Below, one piece after another: positions 32,494 to 43,033 of a stretch of 64,000 nt of DNA. The position numbers were made by a program, and so were the translations under genes. The stretch is from an uncultured virus (IMG/VR IMGVR_UViG_3300007633_000001) (taxonomy: Duplodnaviria > Heunggongvirae > Uroviricota > Caudoviricetes). The stretch lies in IMG/VR virus record IMGVR_UViG_3300007633_000001; one strand, given 5' to 3'. Each line of letters begins with the position of its first letter. The stretch's first letter is position 1. Below the pieces are notes generated by a model. The model had not been told where the DNA came from, ran no database searches, and saw only the letters and a list, made by a program, of their open reading frames with translations.

Positions 32494-33201
32494 ATGACAG
32501 ACGTTATAACTCAACCCCCTGATATATCAGAATTTTTATCTCATGCAGATAGTAACTTTAATTATGTATTAGATAATAATTCCGGTATAACTATAGTTGG
32601 AAATTATCTAAATGAAGATGTTTTTGATATCGATATAAAATATGACAGACAAGATTATGATTATGACTTAAAGAATTTGTTATTATCTTTGTGTTGTGTT
32701 AGAGAATCTACTATATGTAGAGAATATCTAAGAAAATGTTTGACTTTTATTGAGTTAATAACTAGTTCTCTTTATTACTTAAATAGTTTTAGAGATTTTG
32801 TTATACAAGATCAGAAGAACCATATTGGCACATCAAAGTTAGATAGTTTCAATGGATTAACTACCGAGAAGACATTATATAAAAATCTTTTTAGATGGTC
32901 TATTACAGGTTGTGGTAAAGGTAGTATAACTATAGATTCATCCTTATTGGATTTTGATATGCCCACATCGTTTGACATATCAGACGTATGGTACGAAGGC
33001 AAGAAAGTTAAGATAACGGATTCTTTTATGATTAAAGATAATATTCCTGCTGAAGTGGGAGTTATTAAAGTTATAGAAGATGATATTGTGATTGTACCGG
33101 AAGTCGAACCAAAAAATATATTAGAACAATTTAAAGTATCTGTTCCTAAATGCTTTTGGTATAAGTTTTATCCTGTTAATAATATTATTACCTACGGATA
33201 G
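32494..33201 (+). CDS. Hypothetical protein
   Basis: 235-aa ORF. Confidence 0.6.
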   Translation: MTDVITQPPDISEFLSHADSNFNYVLDNNSGITIVGNYLNEDVFDIDIKYDRQDYDYDLKNLLLSLCCVRESTICREYLRKCLTFIELITSSLYYLNSFRDFVIQDQKNHIGTSKLDSFNGLTTEKTLYKNLFRWSITGCGKGSITIDSSLLDFDMPTSFDISDVWYEGKKVKITDSFMIKDNIPAEVGVIKVIEDDIVIVPEVEPKNILEQFKVSVPKCFWYKFYPVNNIITYG

Positions 33202-33277
33202 GTTAGTTTTATAGAAAAATGAAAAGAGTCGATGTTGTCAATTAACCTTAAAAATAAAAGATAAGGAGATAAATGAT

Positions 33278-33856
33278 TTGATAAGAATAAGAAGAACTGA
33301 TGGAGTTCAATTAACTGTTTATAAAATAACTTTAAATAGTGAGATAGAACATTTTCTAACTGCTGTAAATAAATCTAAATTTCAAGATAGCTTTACTTGT
33401 TTGAAAACATTAGCTTTTTTCATTACCGGTAAACTACCACCTGATATAAGTTCTATTTGTATAGAAGAAAATCATCAAAGTAGATATGAACTGTTCTATT
33501 CTTGTTTAAATTATGTGACTTCTAATACCATTGAATTACTTACTATAAACAAGTATTTACATTCTGTAAAAGACCAATATACCAGCAATGAGTATTATTA
33601 TCTTACTTCTTTATCTAGAGACTTAGTATTAAAATACTCTAGCTGTGGGATGTTTACACCTAATTTTGTTGATTCTTTATTTCTATTCTTTAAAGAAACT
33701 AACAAAGATATTGAAGATATATTATGTTCTAGACTAATTAGTTGGACTAGTTTTAATAACCTTCAGTTTGACTGGTCATTATCTTTATTACTAGAGGAGG
33801 AGGGGGAGGTAGGGAAAAGTGAAGAGAATGATATTTATGAAACAATATACTTTTAG
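33278..33856 (+). CDS. Hypothetical protein
   Basis: 192-aa ORF with AAGGAG RBS. Confidence 0.6.
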   Translation: MIRIRRTDGVQLTVYKITLNSEIEHFLTAVNKSKFQDSFTCLKTLAFFITGKLPPDISSICIEENHQSRYELFYSCLNYVTSNTIELLTINKYLHSVKDQYTSNEYYYLTSLSRDLVLKYSSCGMFTPNFVDSLFLFFKETNKDIEDILCSRLISWTSFNNLQFDWSLSLLLEEEGEVGKSEENDIYETIYF

Positions 33857-33932
33857 TATATGCACTGTTTATAAAGCTATACATACATAGTTTACATTCG
33901 TTTAAGTATTTAGTAAAAATAAGGAGAAAGGT

Positions 33933-34406
33933 ATGCAAGACGGCATTTCAATAGCAGAAGTAGTTCACAGTCTAGCCCAAGATAAGTTAAAAGCTGACAA
34001 TATTATTGGTGAGGCTATTACAAAGTTAGTTCTAAAGGAATCTGACTTAGAGATTGTGGCTACCGTTATGGCTAATGTCATTGCTTTAGAGGATAGCAAT
34101 GCTAGCACATCAATAGGTATTTCCATAGATTCTAAGGATACTATAGATATCAACATAACAGCTTTATTTTATATATCTCGAGTTTTCAATAGAGCCTTAG
34201 ATATTCTTGATTATAAAGAGGAACCCTCAGAAAAAGTCTTTAGTTTAAAGGCATCTTTATTGTTCCTTCAAAATGATATAAATAAGAAACGGACATTCAC
34301 AAACAGTACAAAGTTTATTTATCCTGATTATGAACAGGCTCGTGAGTTATTAAGGAAAGTGTTTAAATCTATAATTGTACCTGATTCTGAACTTGATAAT
34401 GAATAG
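33933..34406 (+). CDS. Hypothetical protein
   Basis: 157-aa ORF with AAGGAG RBS. Confidence 0.65.
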   Translation: MQDGISIAEVVHSLAQDKLKADNIIGEAITKLVLKESDLEIVATVMANVIALEDSNASTSIGISIDSKDTIDINITALFYISRVFNRALDILDYKEEPSEKVFSLKASLLFLQNDINKKRTFTNSTKFIYPDYEQARELLRKVFKSIIVPDSELDNE

Positions 34407-34545
34407 TAATTCATGAGTTATCTTATGTATAGTGTTATTAGCTATAACAATACTTTTCTTTTTAAAGATAAATTATTAGTAATAAATAATAAATAGATTA
34501 CAAAGTCATAGCTAATAACATTTACATATGATTAACCTTTATTAA

Positions 34546-35298
34546 ATGGAACTATCTTATCCCAACAAACTTTTAGTAATAGGAGTCACTAATGTTAGTA
34601 TTCTCATACTAAGGCCATTAATACTTTACTTCTCTAATCTATATGATTCCGAATTAGATTATAATGAAGCGATTGAAATATGGGACTATAAAGATTTAAA
34701 TATTCACGATTCTAATTTAGGGAAGAATAGTTTATTAGGATCTTTTTTTCCTGATACTAATAAAAGCGTACATGTTTGTAAGAATTTAGGTGTACTAGAT
34801 GGTAAGTCTCCAATAGCTAAGGATAAAAGATTGAATTCCAGGTTACTAAATAAGTCAATAAGAAATGTCTTCCCTTTAATAATATCTTTTACTAAGGATA
34901 AAGATACTCACAGATCAATATCTGATACTATTACTAAACGATTTAAAGACAAGGACCTGGAAGATTGTATTTATATTGTTATAAGTAAGGATGATATTAA
35001 CTTAGCTAGTTACATAACGAATAGTAAATTAATTTATGATATAGATTTATCAGAGAGTAAATCCAAAGACTTTTATAATTCCAATTCGATTGAAGAAGAT
35101 ATGGAGGATATTAAAAGGGATTATAAAGAAATAGATTTGTTTTCAAACAAAAGGGCTAAAACTAATAGTGTTGTAAATGATATATCATTAGGATCTAGCT
35201 TAATAACTTTATTAGATGAAGTGATACATACAATTAGATTAGAAGATTTACCTATATCTATAAGAAAATCTAATCCACATTTTGAATACCCCTGTTAA
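34546..35298 (+). CDS. Hypothetical protein, possibly a degenerate ThiF/E1-like Rossmann fold
   Basis: KLLVIGV...LLRPL...IEIWD...SNLG spacing resembles the ThiF N-terminus but lacks GxGxxG. Confidence 0.35.
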   Translation: MELSYPNKLLVIGVTNVSILILRPLILYFSNLYDSELDYNEAIEIWDYKDLNIHDSNLGKNSLLGSFFPDTNKSVHVCKNLGVLDGKSPIAKDKRLNSRLLNKSIRNVFPLIISFTKDKDTHRSISDTITKRFKDKDLEDCIYIVISKDDINLASYITNSKLIYDIDLSESKSKDFYNSNSIEEDMEDIKRDYKEIDLFSNKRAKTNSVVNDISLGSSLITLLDEVIHTIRLEDLPISIRKSNPHFEYPC

Positions 35299-35446
35299 TA
35301 AAGGATCTACCAATCACAAATGTTTGCGTTAGAATACTTTCATGATTCTAAATTACTGCTATCGCATATACCCAGGGGAGGAATGCTCAGTAGTGATATT
35401 GGAAAGCTCAGGCCATGTTAGGATGGCAATTAGCGTTAGGAGGATA

Positions 35447-35974
35447 TTACTTAGAAGATATCGGTTCTTTACTATTTATCATTCCTTCAATAATCTTTGA
35501 TTGTTGTTTATTGACTGCTTCTAAATTCTTTATTTTACTTTTTAATTTTCTTGTTTGTTCTTTAGACTTTATATGTTTATCTCTATAATATGTGAGCATT
35601 CTATCGTTATTTTTGATTCTTCTTTGTAATTCATTAACATAAGTCCTTAATCTCAACTTATCATAATCAGCAGTTCTTGGTCCAAATATAGCATAAATTA
35701 ATCTTAATAATTGTATTTCAATAATAGATCTTTCGACCGATCTACTATCAACATCTCTTAATAAAGCCTGAATATAAGGCATTAAAGATTCAGGACATTT
35801 CATCACCTTACCTTCACCGGCTAGAAAAGGTTTATTATAATCAGAGTCTTCTTTTCTAACAGATAAGAAACCTTCATAGCCTAATAGAAAAGAAGTAAGA
35901 TCTATCTCAGATGAACTTAAGAGATAGTTTAATAACTTTTTATTTTCCTCATCTTTGAATATAGGCTTTCTCAT
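35447..35974 (-). CDS. Hypothetical coiled-coil protein
   Basis: 175-aa ORF with C-terminal heptads. Confidence 0.6.
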   Translation of the reverse strand: MRKPIFKDEENKKLLNYLLSSSEIDLTSFLLGYEGFLSVRKEDSDYNKPFLAGEGKVMKCPESLMPYIQALLRDVDSRSVERSIIEIQLLRLIYAIFGPRTADYDKLRLRTYVNELQRRIKNNDRMLTYYRDKHIKSKEQTRKLKSKIKNLEAVNKQQSKIIEGMINSKEPISSK

Positions 35975-36112
35975 AATTTATTAATATATTATTGTTTATG
36001 CTTGACTAACATCAATAATATCGAGTATATCTAATAATAATATTATGCTTACTATATTTTTTATAAAAACCGTATCCTTTACGATTGATTTTAAATAGGA
36101 GTGTTGCTTTAG

Positions 36113-37429
36113 ATGCAATATATATTGGCTGATCTTACTACTATCGAAAGAATTTCTAATAATTACGTATTAGATTTATCTAAAAGTCTTGCAGAGAAAG
36201 ATAATAGTATAATTGTTCCTTTTGTCAGACATACAGAGTATAGAGAAAAGACAAACTATTATGCTTTCGACAGTTCATCTACTTTTAAAAGGAAGTTAAA
36301 GATTACAGGACTCTCTTATCTTCAACAAAAGTTTAAGTCTTTAAATACCAACCTTTACTTATTTCCTAATACTTTAGAAGAATCTTTAGAAGCTTTAATA
36401 AAGTATTTCGGTGTTAATAATCATTATCTTTATATTGGCTGTCTGAGAGAAATAAAGTCAGAGATTGATATGCATCGTTCAATTATTGATAGATTAAAAA
36501 TGAATTTTAATCTAACAGCCTATTTATTTCGCTCGGCCAATATTCTTTATGCTAATGAAGAGTATTTATCTTCAGAAGTAAATAAAGATTATCCCTTCTC
36601 TTACTTTGAGAAAATATTAAAGGATAGTCAATATTTAAATCCTTTAAATACTTATTCTATTGAAAGTCTATCTTTCTTAAGAGATGTCTCTATTATTTCT
36701 CAAGGAGAGGTTAAATCAATTGACTTACAAGGAAGGCGCCAATCTGTTAATTTAAATGAAGAAGCTCATACTAAGTTGAATAACTTTTTAGATGATATGC
36801 TCAGTAAGTATAAATCTAATAGGAATAAATTAGTTAGAACTTCTTCTGAATTATCTAAATACTTTGCGTTAGGTTCATTCAGTTACTCTGAAGTTATTTC
36901 TGTTATTAGAGCTAGATTAAAACGAGGTGAAAATATTGATAAAGAGAATTTAGAAGCTTTCATTAGACAACTTAATTGGACTATTTATTTCAAATCTTTG
37001 ATGTCTAAATATAGCTTCCAAGACTTTAATTTTAGTCCTGAGCACACAGTTGGCAAATATCAAACTGATTCTTCTTTATTAAGGAAATCACTTAATAACA
37101 CTAATCAAGATTTGATTGGTTTTATTAAGATTGAGCTAGAGTCTACTGGATATATCACTAATCGAAGTAGAATGATTCTTGCTTGTTATCTTATTAATCA
37201 GCTGAATTTCTGTCCTATATTAGTAGGTGAATACTTACAGTCTTACTTTGTGGACTATAATCCCCCTGTTCATTGGAGTTCTATTCTTTGGTGTACAGGG
37301 GTTTTAGATACTCAAGTAAGGAGAAATAAGCCGACTTATATTAATCAGCAAACAGAAGGAAGGAGATTTAATATAACAAAACAGAAATCAATGAATCCTG
37401 ATTATTTAAGGCTGTTCGTTCAAGTATAG
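36113..37429 (+). CDS. Divergent photolyase/cryptochrome-family protein
   Basis: TSSELSKYFALGSFS, FIRQLNW, LESTGYITNRSRMILACYL, FVDYN...W match the FAD-binding domain. Confidence 0.8.
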   Translation: MQYILADLTTIERISNNYVLDLSKSLAEKDNSIIVPFVRHTEYREKTNYYAFDSSSTFKRKLKITGLSYLQQKFKSLNTNLYLFPNTLEESLEALIKYFGVNNHYLYIGCLREIKSEIDMHRSIIDRLKMNFNLTAYLFRSANILYANEEYLSSEVNKDYPFSYFEKILKDSQYLNPLNTYSIESLSFLRDVSIISQGEVKSIDLQGRRQSVNLNEEAHTKLNNFLDDMLSKYKSNRNKLVRTSSELSKYFALGSFSYSEVISVIRARLKRGENIDKENLEAFIRQLNWTIYFKSLMSKYSFQDFNFSPEHTVGKYQTDSSLLRKSLNNTNQDLIGFIKIELESTGYITNRSRMILACYLINQLNFCPILVGEYLQSYFVDYNPPVHWSSILWCTGVLDTQVRRNKPTYINQQTEGRRFNITKQKSMNPDYLRLFVQV

Positions 37430-37546
37430 ATGATTCTTAGATATGAATAAATATTTAAACTCTATTTATTCATATCTATGTTCTTTTTATGTATAAATAA
37501 CATAATCTATTTTCCTTTCTTTTCTCTATTTCTGTTAACTAAAGAT

Positions 37547-37903
37547 TTATGGGACGGGTTTATCAGATAAAAGAAACTCTATGAATTCTTTTAGTAATCT
37601 GTATACTTCTTTTTTATTAGCTTTTACAAAGCTGTAAGTTTTACTAATTAACCCTATAAGGCTATCAGCAATTATCATAATGATTAGAGCCAAGAAAAGT
37701 ATATATACTGCATATTGAAAATGTCCAAGCCATATTAGTATTAAAAATAGACCAATAGAAGCTATTAAAGATAAATAGTTTATATCTAAATGGATTTTAC
37801 CCATATAGAATCTAACCTCATATCTTTCAAATTTACAGTGAATCAACTTTTTATTCTTTTTAACAGTGTTATTCTTTTTATTACCTTCTGCTTTATTTTC
37901 CAT
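37547..37903 (-). CDS. Membrane protein (2 TM)
   Basis: Two hydrophobic segments. Confidence 0.6.
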   Translation of the reverse strand: MENKAEGNKKNNTVKKNKKLIHCKFERYEVRFYMGKIHLDINYLSLIASIGLFLILIWLGHFQYAVYILFLALIIMIIADSLIGLISKTYSFVKANKKEVYRLLKEFIEFLLSDKPVP

Positions 37904-37983
37904 TTAAAGAATCGTAACTCTTGGATTAATTTACTTTTTATTGTTTTATTACTATTATTAATTTTGCAGTCAACAAGGTTATA

Positions 37984-38676
37984 TTAGTTAATCCAGGCTC
38001 TGCTGATAGCTTCTATATATTCAAGCACTTCTTCTCTATCCATAATGGTCGTAACTAGTTCATGATAGGGTCTAGTCTGTTGAAATGGCTTAATGCCTAT
38101 AATAGGAATTCCAGATAGTATAGAGCCCGCTATGATTCCTTCATTCTTACTGGAATAATAAAGTATAACATTCATACTAGATATAATACTTAATTCAGAA
38201 GCAGGTTTCACGACAGGTCCATCTAGTCCTATAGTATAATGACCCATATTTGACAAAGAGGGTTGCCAAGTATTTAATAATGTTTGTTTATCATAGCCTT
38301 CACAAGAAACATATATTCTTAACTTCTTTATATTTCTCCATTTCTTTAAGAATTCTTGCTTGTACATAATCCAATCCATACCTATCCAGCTGTTTATATG
38401 CTTAGCTATTTGAACTGGTTCTTCTGAATGACTCATCTCCATTACTGAGAAATAATCAATAGCGTAATAAGCTAATATATCTTCATAAGTTAGTTCTTGA
38501 TGTGGTTCAGGTAAATCTAGTCTTATAGGTTTTTCTGTATTCGGTAAGTTTATATACTTACGGAATACAAGATCAACTTTATCTTTTATATCCTTTTTAG
38601 GAATTATATATTGAATATCTGCTCCATCACTTAATTCAAAAGTAAAATGTTGTGTAATTGAATTAATAGTATTCAT
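37984..38676 (-). CDS. Hypothetical protein
   Basis: 230-aa ORF. Confidence 0.65.
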   Translation of the reverse strand: MNTINSITQHFTFELSDGADIQYIIPKKDIKDKVDLVFRKYINLPNTEKPIRLDLPEPHQELTYEDILAYYAIDYFSVMEMSHSEEPVQIAKHINSWIGMDWIMYKQEFLKKWRNIKKLRIYVSCEGYDKQTLLNTWQPSLSNMGHYTIGLDGPVVKPASELSIISSMNVILYYSSKNEGIIAGSILSGIPIIGIKPFQQTRPYHELVTTIMDREEVLEYIEAISRAWIN

Positions 38677-38890
38677 ACTTTTATTTTGATAAAGAGAAAA
38701 TTATTCATTGCTCTTAAATTATATTAGTCTTTATATTTATGTTATTATTGATACTTATTTGTTTTAGGATATACAGGATATAATAAATAATCTCCCTTTC
38801 ACTTATTCTTATTTAATTAAAGATAAATGAACGGGAGATTAATCTAAATACGTTACTTAGTTAATTTTTTATTTAAAGACATTTATCAAT

Positions 38891-39097
38891 ATGTTTAAAG
38901 GTTATGGAAGGACTTTAAGTAATCCTTTAGAAGAAGAAACTAGTAGACTTTTATCTGAGTCTAAGTTTCATTATTATGGTGTAAATTTGTTTGATATTTT
39001 AAATTATACTATAAGTCTAAAATTAGATCCTTATCTTGTAAAGGGAAAAAGCAATAATAAGGAAAAAGAAAAACTACATATAGGGAGACTTTATTAG
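38891..39097 (+). CDS. Hypothetical protein
   Basis: 68-aa ORF. Confidence 0.5.
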   Translation: MFKGYGRTLSNPLEEETSRLLSESKFHYYGVNLFDILNYTISLKLDPYLVKGKSNNKEKEKLHIGRLY

Positions 39098-39136
39098 ATT
39101 TTTACTACATATATTTTATAAATTATTATAGTCGAT

Positions 39137-39358
39137 ATGATTAATTTGAGTGAAAACCAGCTTAAGATAATAGAATTAGATACACATTATTATTGTGTTG
39201 CTCTAGATAGTAAAACTGATATATATCATGTCTGGAGAAAGTCTAATTCAGGTACTAATTATATAGGTAAACAAAGGAGACAATTAGGTTCTAATACTTT
39301 TATTTCATATGAAAGTGCAATGCAGAAAGTTATTCAATCTGATATTTATTCTGACTAA
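39137..39358 (+). CDS. Hypothetical protein
   Basis: 73-aa ORF. Confidence 0.55.
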   Translation: MINLSENQLKIIELDTHYYCVALDSKTDIYHVWRKSNSGTNYIGKQRRQLGSNTFISYESAMQKVIQSDIYSD

Positions 39359-39400
39359 CTTTATTTGAAGTACATTGATGAATAGTAGATTGGTGAGTGA

Positions 39401-39691
39401 TCATTTACATCCAAAAAATTCTTCACAGTTAACCCACCAAGGTTTATTATTTTGAATATAAGGTTGACTGCCAAGGAAATATATTAGCCATAAGTCTGAA
39501 TCTATTTTTACTCCTATCCTTTCATCTTCATAGAAAAAGACTTCTCCTATTTGGCAGACGTGTCTAGAATTACAGTTTGGACTAACAAGAACTATATTTT
39601 CTAATCCTACATATTTGGCAATAGTAGAAGTAAAAGTTTTATTACTTAATGCTTCTTTTAGCATTAAGTTAGAACCGTTTAAGGTGTCCAT
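39401..39691 (-). CDS. Hypothetical protein
   Basis: 96-aa ORF. Confidence 0.55.
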   Translation of the reverse strand: MDTLNGSNLMLKEALSNKTFTSTIAKYVGLENIVLVSPNCNSRHVCQIGEVFFYEDERIGVKIDSDLWLIYFLGSQPYIQNNKPWWVNCEEFFGCK

Positions 39692-39790
39692 ATTTTAATC
39701 TAATTAATATTGAACAATCAATTTTACATATCTTATGTTATTTATTTATCTACTAGTCTTAGTGCGTACAATTAATTACTCATATAAAAT

Positions 39791-40543
39791 ATGACATTTG
39801 AATATTATCTTAACCAATTAAAAGAAGTAGAAGACGTTATTGTAGAGCATATAGAAGAGGAGTTTGCTAATGCTCTTAATAACTTAGTGTTAAAAGTAGT
39901 TATAGAGCTATTACAGAATAATGATTCTATTGTTAAAGGCTTATTATTTTATGGTCGTTCGCCATCGGTAAGTGAAAGTATTAATAGCTTTTTAGGAGTG
40001 GATTATTTAATAGAAGCTGATTCTGCTTCAAATGTACCAGCCAGTCCTTTATATCAGAACGTCACAGCTAGGTATTCTATTAATAACGAATTATATTTTA
40101 GGGTACCTTTGTTGGATTATGATACTCCAATTTATACTAGTTATATTCTCCCTCTAATTGACGGGAAGAGTGTAAGAGCAAATATAGTAAATCAATGGTT
40201 AGAAACACCTAATACTAACGGAGAAGAAGGACAGAGAGTATTTCTGATTGATCAGTTAGAAGATATAAAGTTATATCTACAGGATCAACAAGAAATTGTT
40301 AAAGATAAAATAGACTTAGAAGTTAAAGAATCTAAAGAATCTAAAGAAGAGGTAAAGTTAAATAACAGTAATCAAGATCGTACACAGATTGGGGATGAAA
40401 TAAAGTCAGCTGCTGATAGTTCTTCAATTAGTAAAGAAAGTAAACCTTTAGATAGTGAGACTAAAGAGAATCCGAATAAAGCTAAAAGTCGTACAAAGAA
40501 AAAAGATAAGAAGTCAGAGGATTTAATGGAGGAGGATAAATAG
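39791..40543 (+). CDS. Hypothetical protein with charged low-complexity C-terminus
   Basis: 250-aa ORF. Confidence 0.65.
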   Translation: MTFEYYLNQLKEVEDVIVEHIEEEFANALNNLVLKVVIELLQNNDSIVKGLLFYGRSPSVSESINSFLGVDYLIEADSASNVPASPLYQNVTARYSINNELYFRVPLLDYDTPIYTSYILPLIDGKSVRANIVNQWLETPNTNGEEGQRVFLIDQLEDIKLYLQDQQEIVKDKIDLEVKESKESKEEVKLNNSNQDRTQIGDEIKSAADSSSISKESKPLDSETKENPNKAKSRTKKKDKKSEDLMEEDK

Positions 40544-41257
40544 ATGTATTTAACTATTATTGATACAGAAACTACTGGTCTTGATACAAGTACTTGTAGT
40601 GTGGTAGAAGTAGGGGCTATATTATATTCTGTAAAGCATCAGAAAATAATTAATCAAATGTCGTTTTTAATGCCTTTAAACAATACAGGTGAAGATGCTT
40701 TTGAAATTCATGGTATTGAAAGTTCTCTTTGTCAATTGTCTATAGGCTTTATGCCTCTTAAGGAGGTATTAGATGAATGGGTTGAAGTATCTTCTTATGT
40801 TGTTTCACATAATGTTGAATTTGATTCAGCTTTAATTGATGGGATACCTGAAGAGAAATGGTTATGTACTTTTAGGGATTTCAGATGGCCTAAATCTAGA
40901 TCCAGAGAGCTTATTAAAATTGCTTTAGCTTATGATATACCGGTTACTACAGTTCATAGAGCTTTGGCAGATTGTTCTTTGATTGCTTCGTTGTTTACAA
41001 AGTTAGGAGATAAACTAACTTATTCTATAGAGGAAGCTATCAAGCCTTTGCACTTTGTAGTAATTGACAGTCCTAAGTATCTAACTAAAGATCAATGTTA
41101 TCCTTATAACTTATCTTTTGGGGATATTCAAATTACGTATGGAGGTACTCCTAGAATTCTGAAGAAATGGCACGGTTGGTTAAGACAAGAAGAGATTGAT
41201 AATCTTCCTGAATATCTTAGTCAACATTTGATTATTGGCAGATCTATAAGACATTAA
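40544..41257 (+). CDS. DnaQ-like DEDDh 3'-5' exonuclease
   Basis: IDTETTGL, HGI, SHNVEFD, HRALADC. Confidence 0.92.
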   Translation: MYLTIIDTETTGLDTSTCSVVEVGAILYSVKHQKIINQMSFLMPLNNTGEDAFEIHGIESSLCQLSIGFMPLKEVLDEWVEVSSYVVSHNVEFDSALIDGIPEEKWLCTFRDFRWPKSRSRELIKIALAYDIPVTTVHRALADCSLIASLFTKLGDKLTYSIEEAIKPLHFVVIDSPKYLTKDQCYPYNLSFGDIQITYGGTPRILKKWHGWLRQEEIDNLPEYLSQHLIIGRSIRH

Positions 41258-41451
41258 TTTGTTAATAGCCTTTTTATGAAATTGTCTTTGTAAAGGGGCT
41301 ATCAGTATTACTATAAAAAGTAATGATACAATTTAGTATTGTTATTTGAGTCCGCGTTGCTATTATTTATTAATTAAATCCAATAAGATTATTGAAAGAT
41401 GATTTTATATTTATTGATTATCAATAATTTCTAATAAGGACGTGTAAGGTA

Positions 41452-42288
41452 ATGACATCGATTGTTAAAAATAATAGTAAGTTAAATAAAAAGGAATTAA
41501 AAAGTAATAAGCAAAAGCATCGAGATAAATCAACCTTTTTAGGTTTGAACTTTTATAAAAACTTAAAACAAGTCCCTGTTACTAGTGGAGTTTATTGTAT
41601 AAGGAATAAATCTAATAACAAGTTGTATATTGGAAGTACTATTAATATGTCAGGAGGAGGGATAAAAGCACGTTTAAGGAATCATATTCGTCAACTAAAT
41701 AAGGGATGTCATAATAATATAGATCTCCAGGAAGATTGGAATAAATATGATAGATCCCACTTTTTGATATATTGTAAAGCTTGTTTAATGAATGAGACGA
41801 GAGATACAGAAGAACAGTTAATAAGACAACAAACTATTAAAACTCTTTATAATAAATCTTTATCAGTATCAAAGAACTATAGGTTTATGGGAGAAACTCA
41901 TAAAATTATAGTTAATAAAAGTCATAGCAATTATACTTTATATTGGCAAGGATATAAGGTAGATACTTATTCTCATATGAGCAAAGCTAAAAATGATGCC
42001 CGTATATTAGGAGCATTGAACTTTAAGGATACTTTTAAATTTATAAGTTCTAAGTCTACTTTCAAAGGAAATTATTTAATAGAACAATCTCCTGACGATA
42101 ATCTGTTTAATCTTTTTATCTCAGGCTTATTTTTAGGTACTTATATTAATTATGAGGATGCAGTTGAACAAGCTGAAAAACTTAAGTCTTATTACTATAA
42201 GAAATTAGTCAGATGGAAAGAGATTAATATTACGCCTATCAATATTAAAGTCGAACCTATTCCTATTCAATCTTCTCATAAAGTTTAA
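41452..42288 (+). CDS. GIY-YIG endonuclease (homing endonuclease-like)
   Basis: SGVYCIRNKSNNKLYIGS, RLRNH, HNNIDLQEDWNKY, E...YN. Confidence 0.85.
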   Translation: MTSIVKNNSKLNKKELKSNKQKHRDKSTFLGLNFYKNLKQVPVTSGVYCIRNKSNNKLYIGSTINMSGGGIKARLRNHIRQLNKGCHNNIDLQEDWNKYDRSHFLIYCKACLMNETRDTEEQLIRQQTIKTLYNKSLSVSKNYRFMGETHKIIVNKSHSNYTLYWQGYKVDTYSHMSKAKNDARILGALNFKDTFKFISSKSTFKGNYLIEQSPDDNLFNLFISGLFLGTYINYEDAVEQAEKLKSYYYKKLVRWKEINITPINIKVEPIPIQSSHKV

Positions 42289-42511
42289 GACTTTTATTTT
42301 TATAGAATCTATTTATAATTATTCAGATTTATACATTCGGTAATTCCTAATTATTAAAGTGTAGAAGGCCGTATATATACTTATTATTAATTCATATATA
42401 TTTATAAATGTAGATAACAAAAGGATTCAATTGGGTAGAATTCAATTCGATTAAAGAATCATTTTGTATCAATAGACTGTCAATTTAATTAGTTAGTAGA
42501 TAAATAAACAA

Positions 42512-42994
42512 ATGTTTAGCCTTTTTAATCCTAATAATACAAACGGTTTTAAAACTCTTGATGATTTCGCAAGAGAAGTTTTGAAAGCTAGTTATCCTGT
42601 TTATTATACAGTCACATCTCGTACAGGTCCTTTACAAACTAATAATAGTAACGCATTAAATAGTAATTTAAATACTTCTAATAAGGTTTATGAACCTCAT
42701 TATGTAGTTAAATATTTAGAAGACAAGTTAGTTGTAGAAGTAGAACTACCAGGATACAAAAAAGAGGACTTTGAAATAAGTATAAGTCCTTCTATACAAG
42801 ACAATAAGAATAGTGAGCTTTCTATACGTGCCGAATCTTCTATCAATGATAAAGTATGTAACCTATCGTTAAGTCTAAAAGTCTTATATGATTGTATTAA
42901 TTTAGAAGCTTTAGCTGCAAATTACAGCAATGGATTATTGGAAGTCACGGTTCCCTTTAGTCCTAGAAATAGTCATAAAATAGAAGTCACATGA
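42512..42994 (+). CDS. Small heat-shock protein (Hsp20/alpha-crystallin)
   Basis: VEVELPGYKKEDFEI ... ANYSNGLLEVTVP. Confidence 0.9.
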   Translation: MFSLFNPNNTNGFKTLDDFAREVLKASYPVYYTVTSRTGPLQTNNSNALNSNLNTSNKVYEPHYVVKYLEDKLVVEVELPGYKKEDFEISISPSIQDNKNSELSIRAESSINDKVCNLSLSLKVLYDCINLEALAANYSNGLLEVTVPFSPRNSHKIEVT

Positions 42995-43033
42995 TGAATC
43001 ATAATTAGTCACTACATTAAGTTATCATAAAAC

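Noticed and set aside
35310..35362. c-di-GMP-I riboswitch-like GAAA...ACGCAAA on the minus strand
   Set aside because: Lacks the GGCAAAC 5' element and a convincing P3 with tetraloop receptor; it sits at gene 3' ends rather than in a leader
42290..42511. CIRCE or other heat-shock operator upstream of hsp20
   Set aside because: No TTAGCACTC-N9-GAGTGCTAA found by eye
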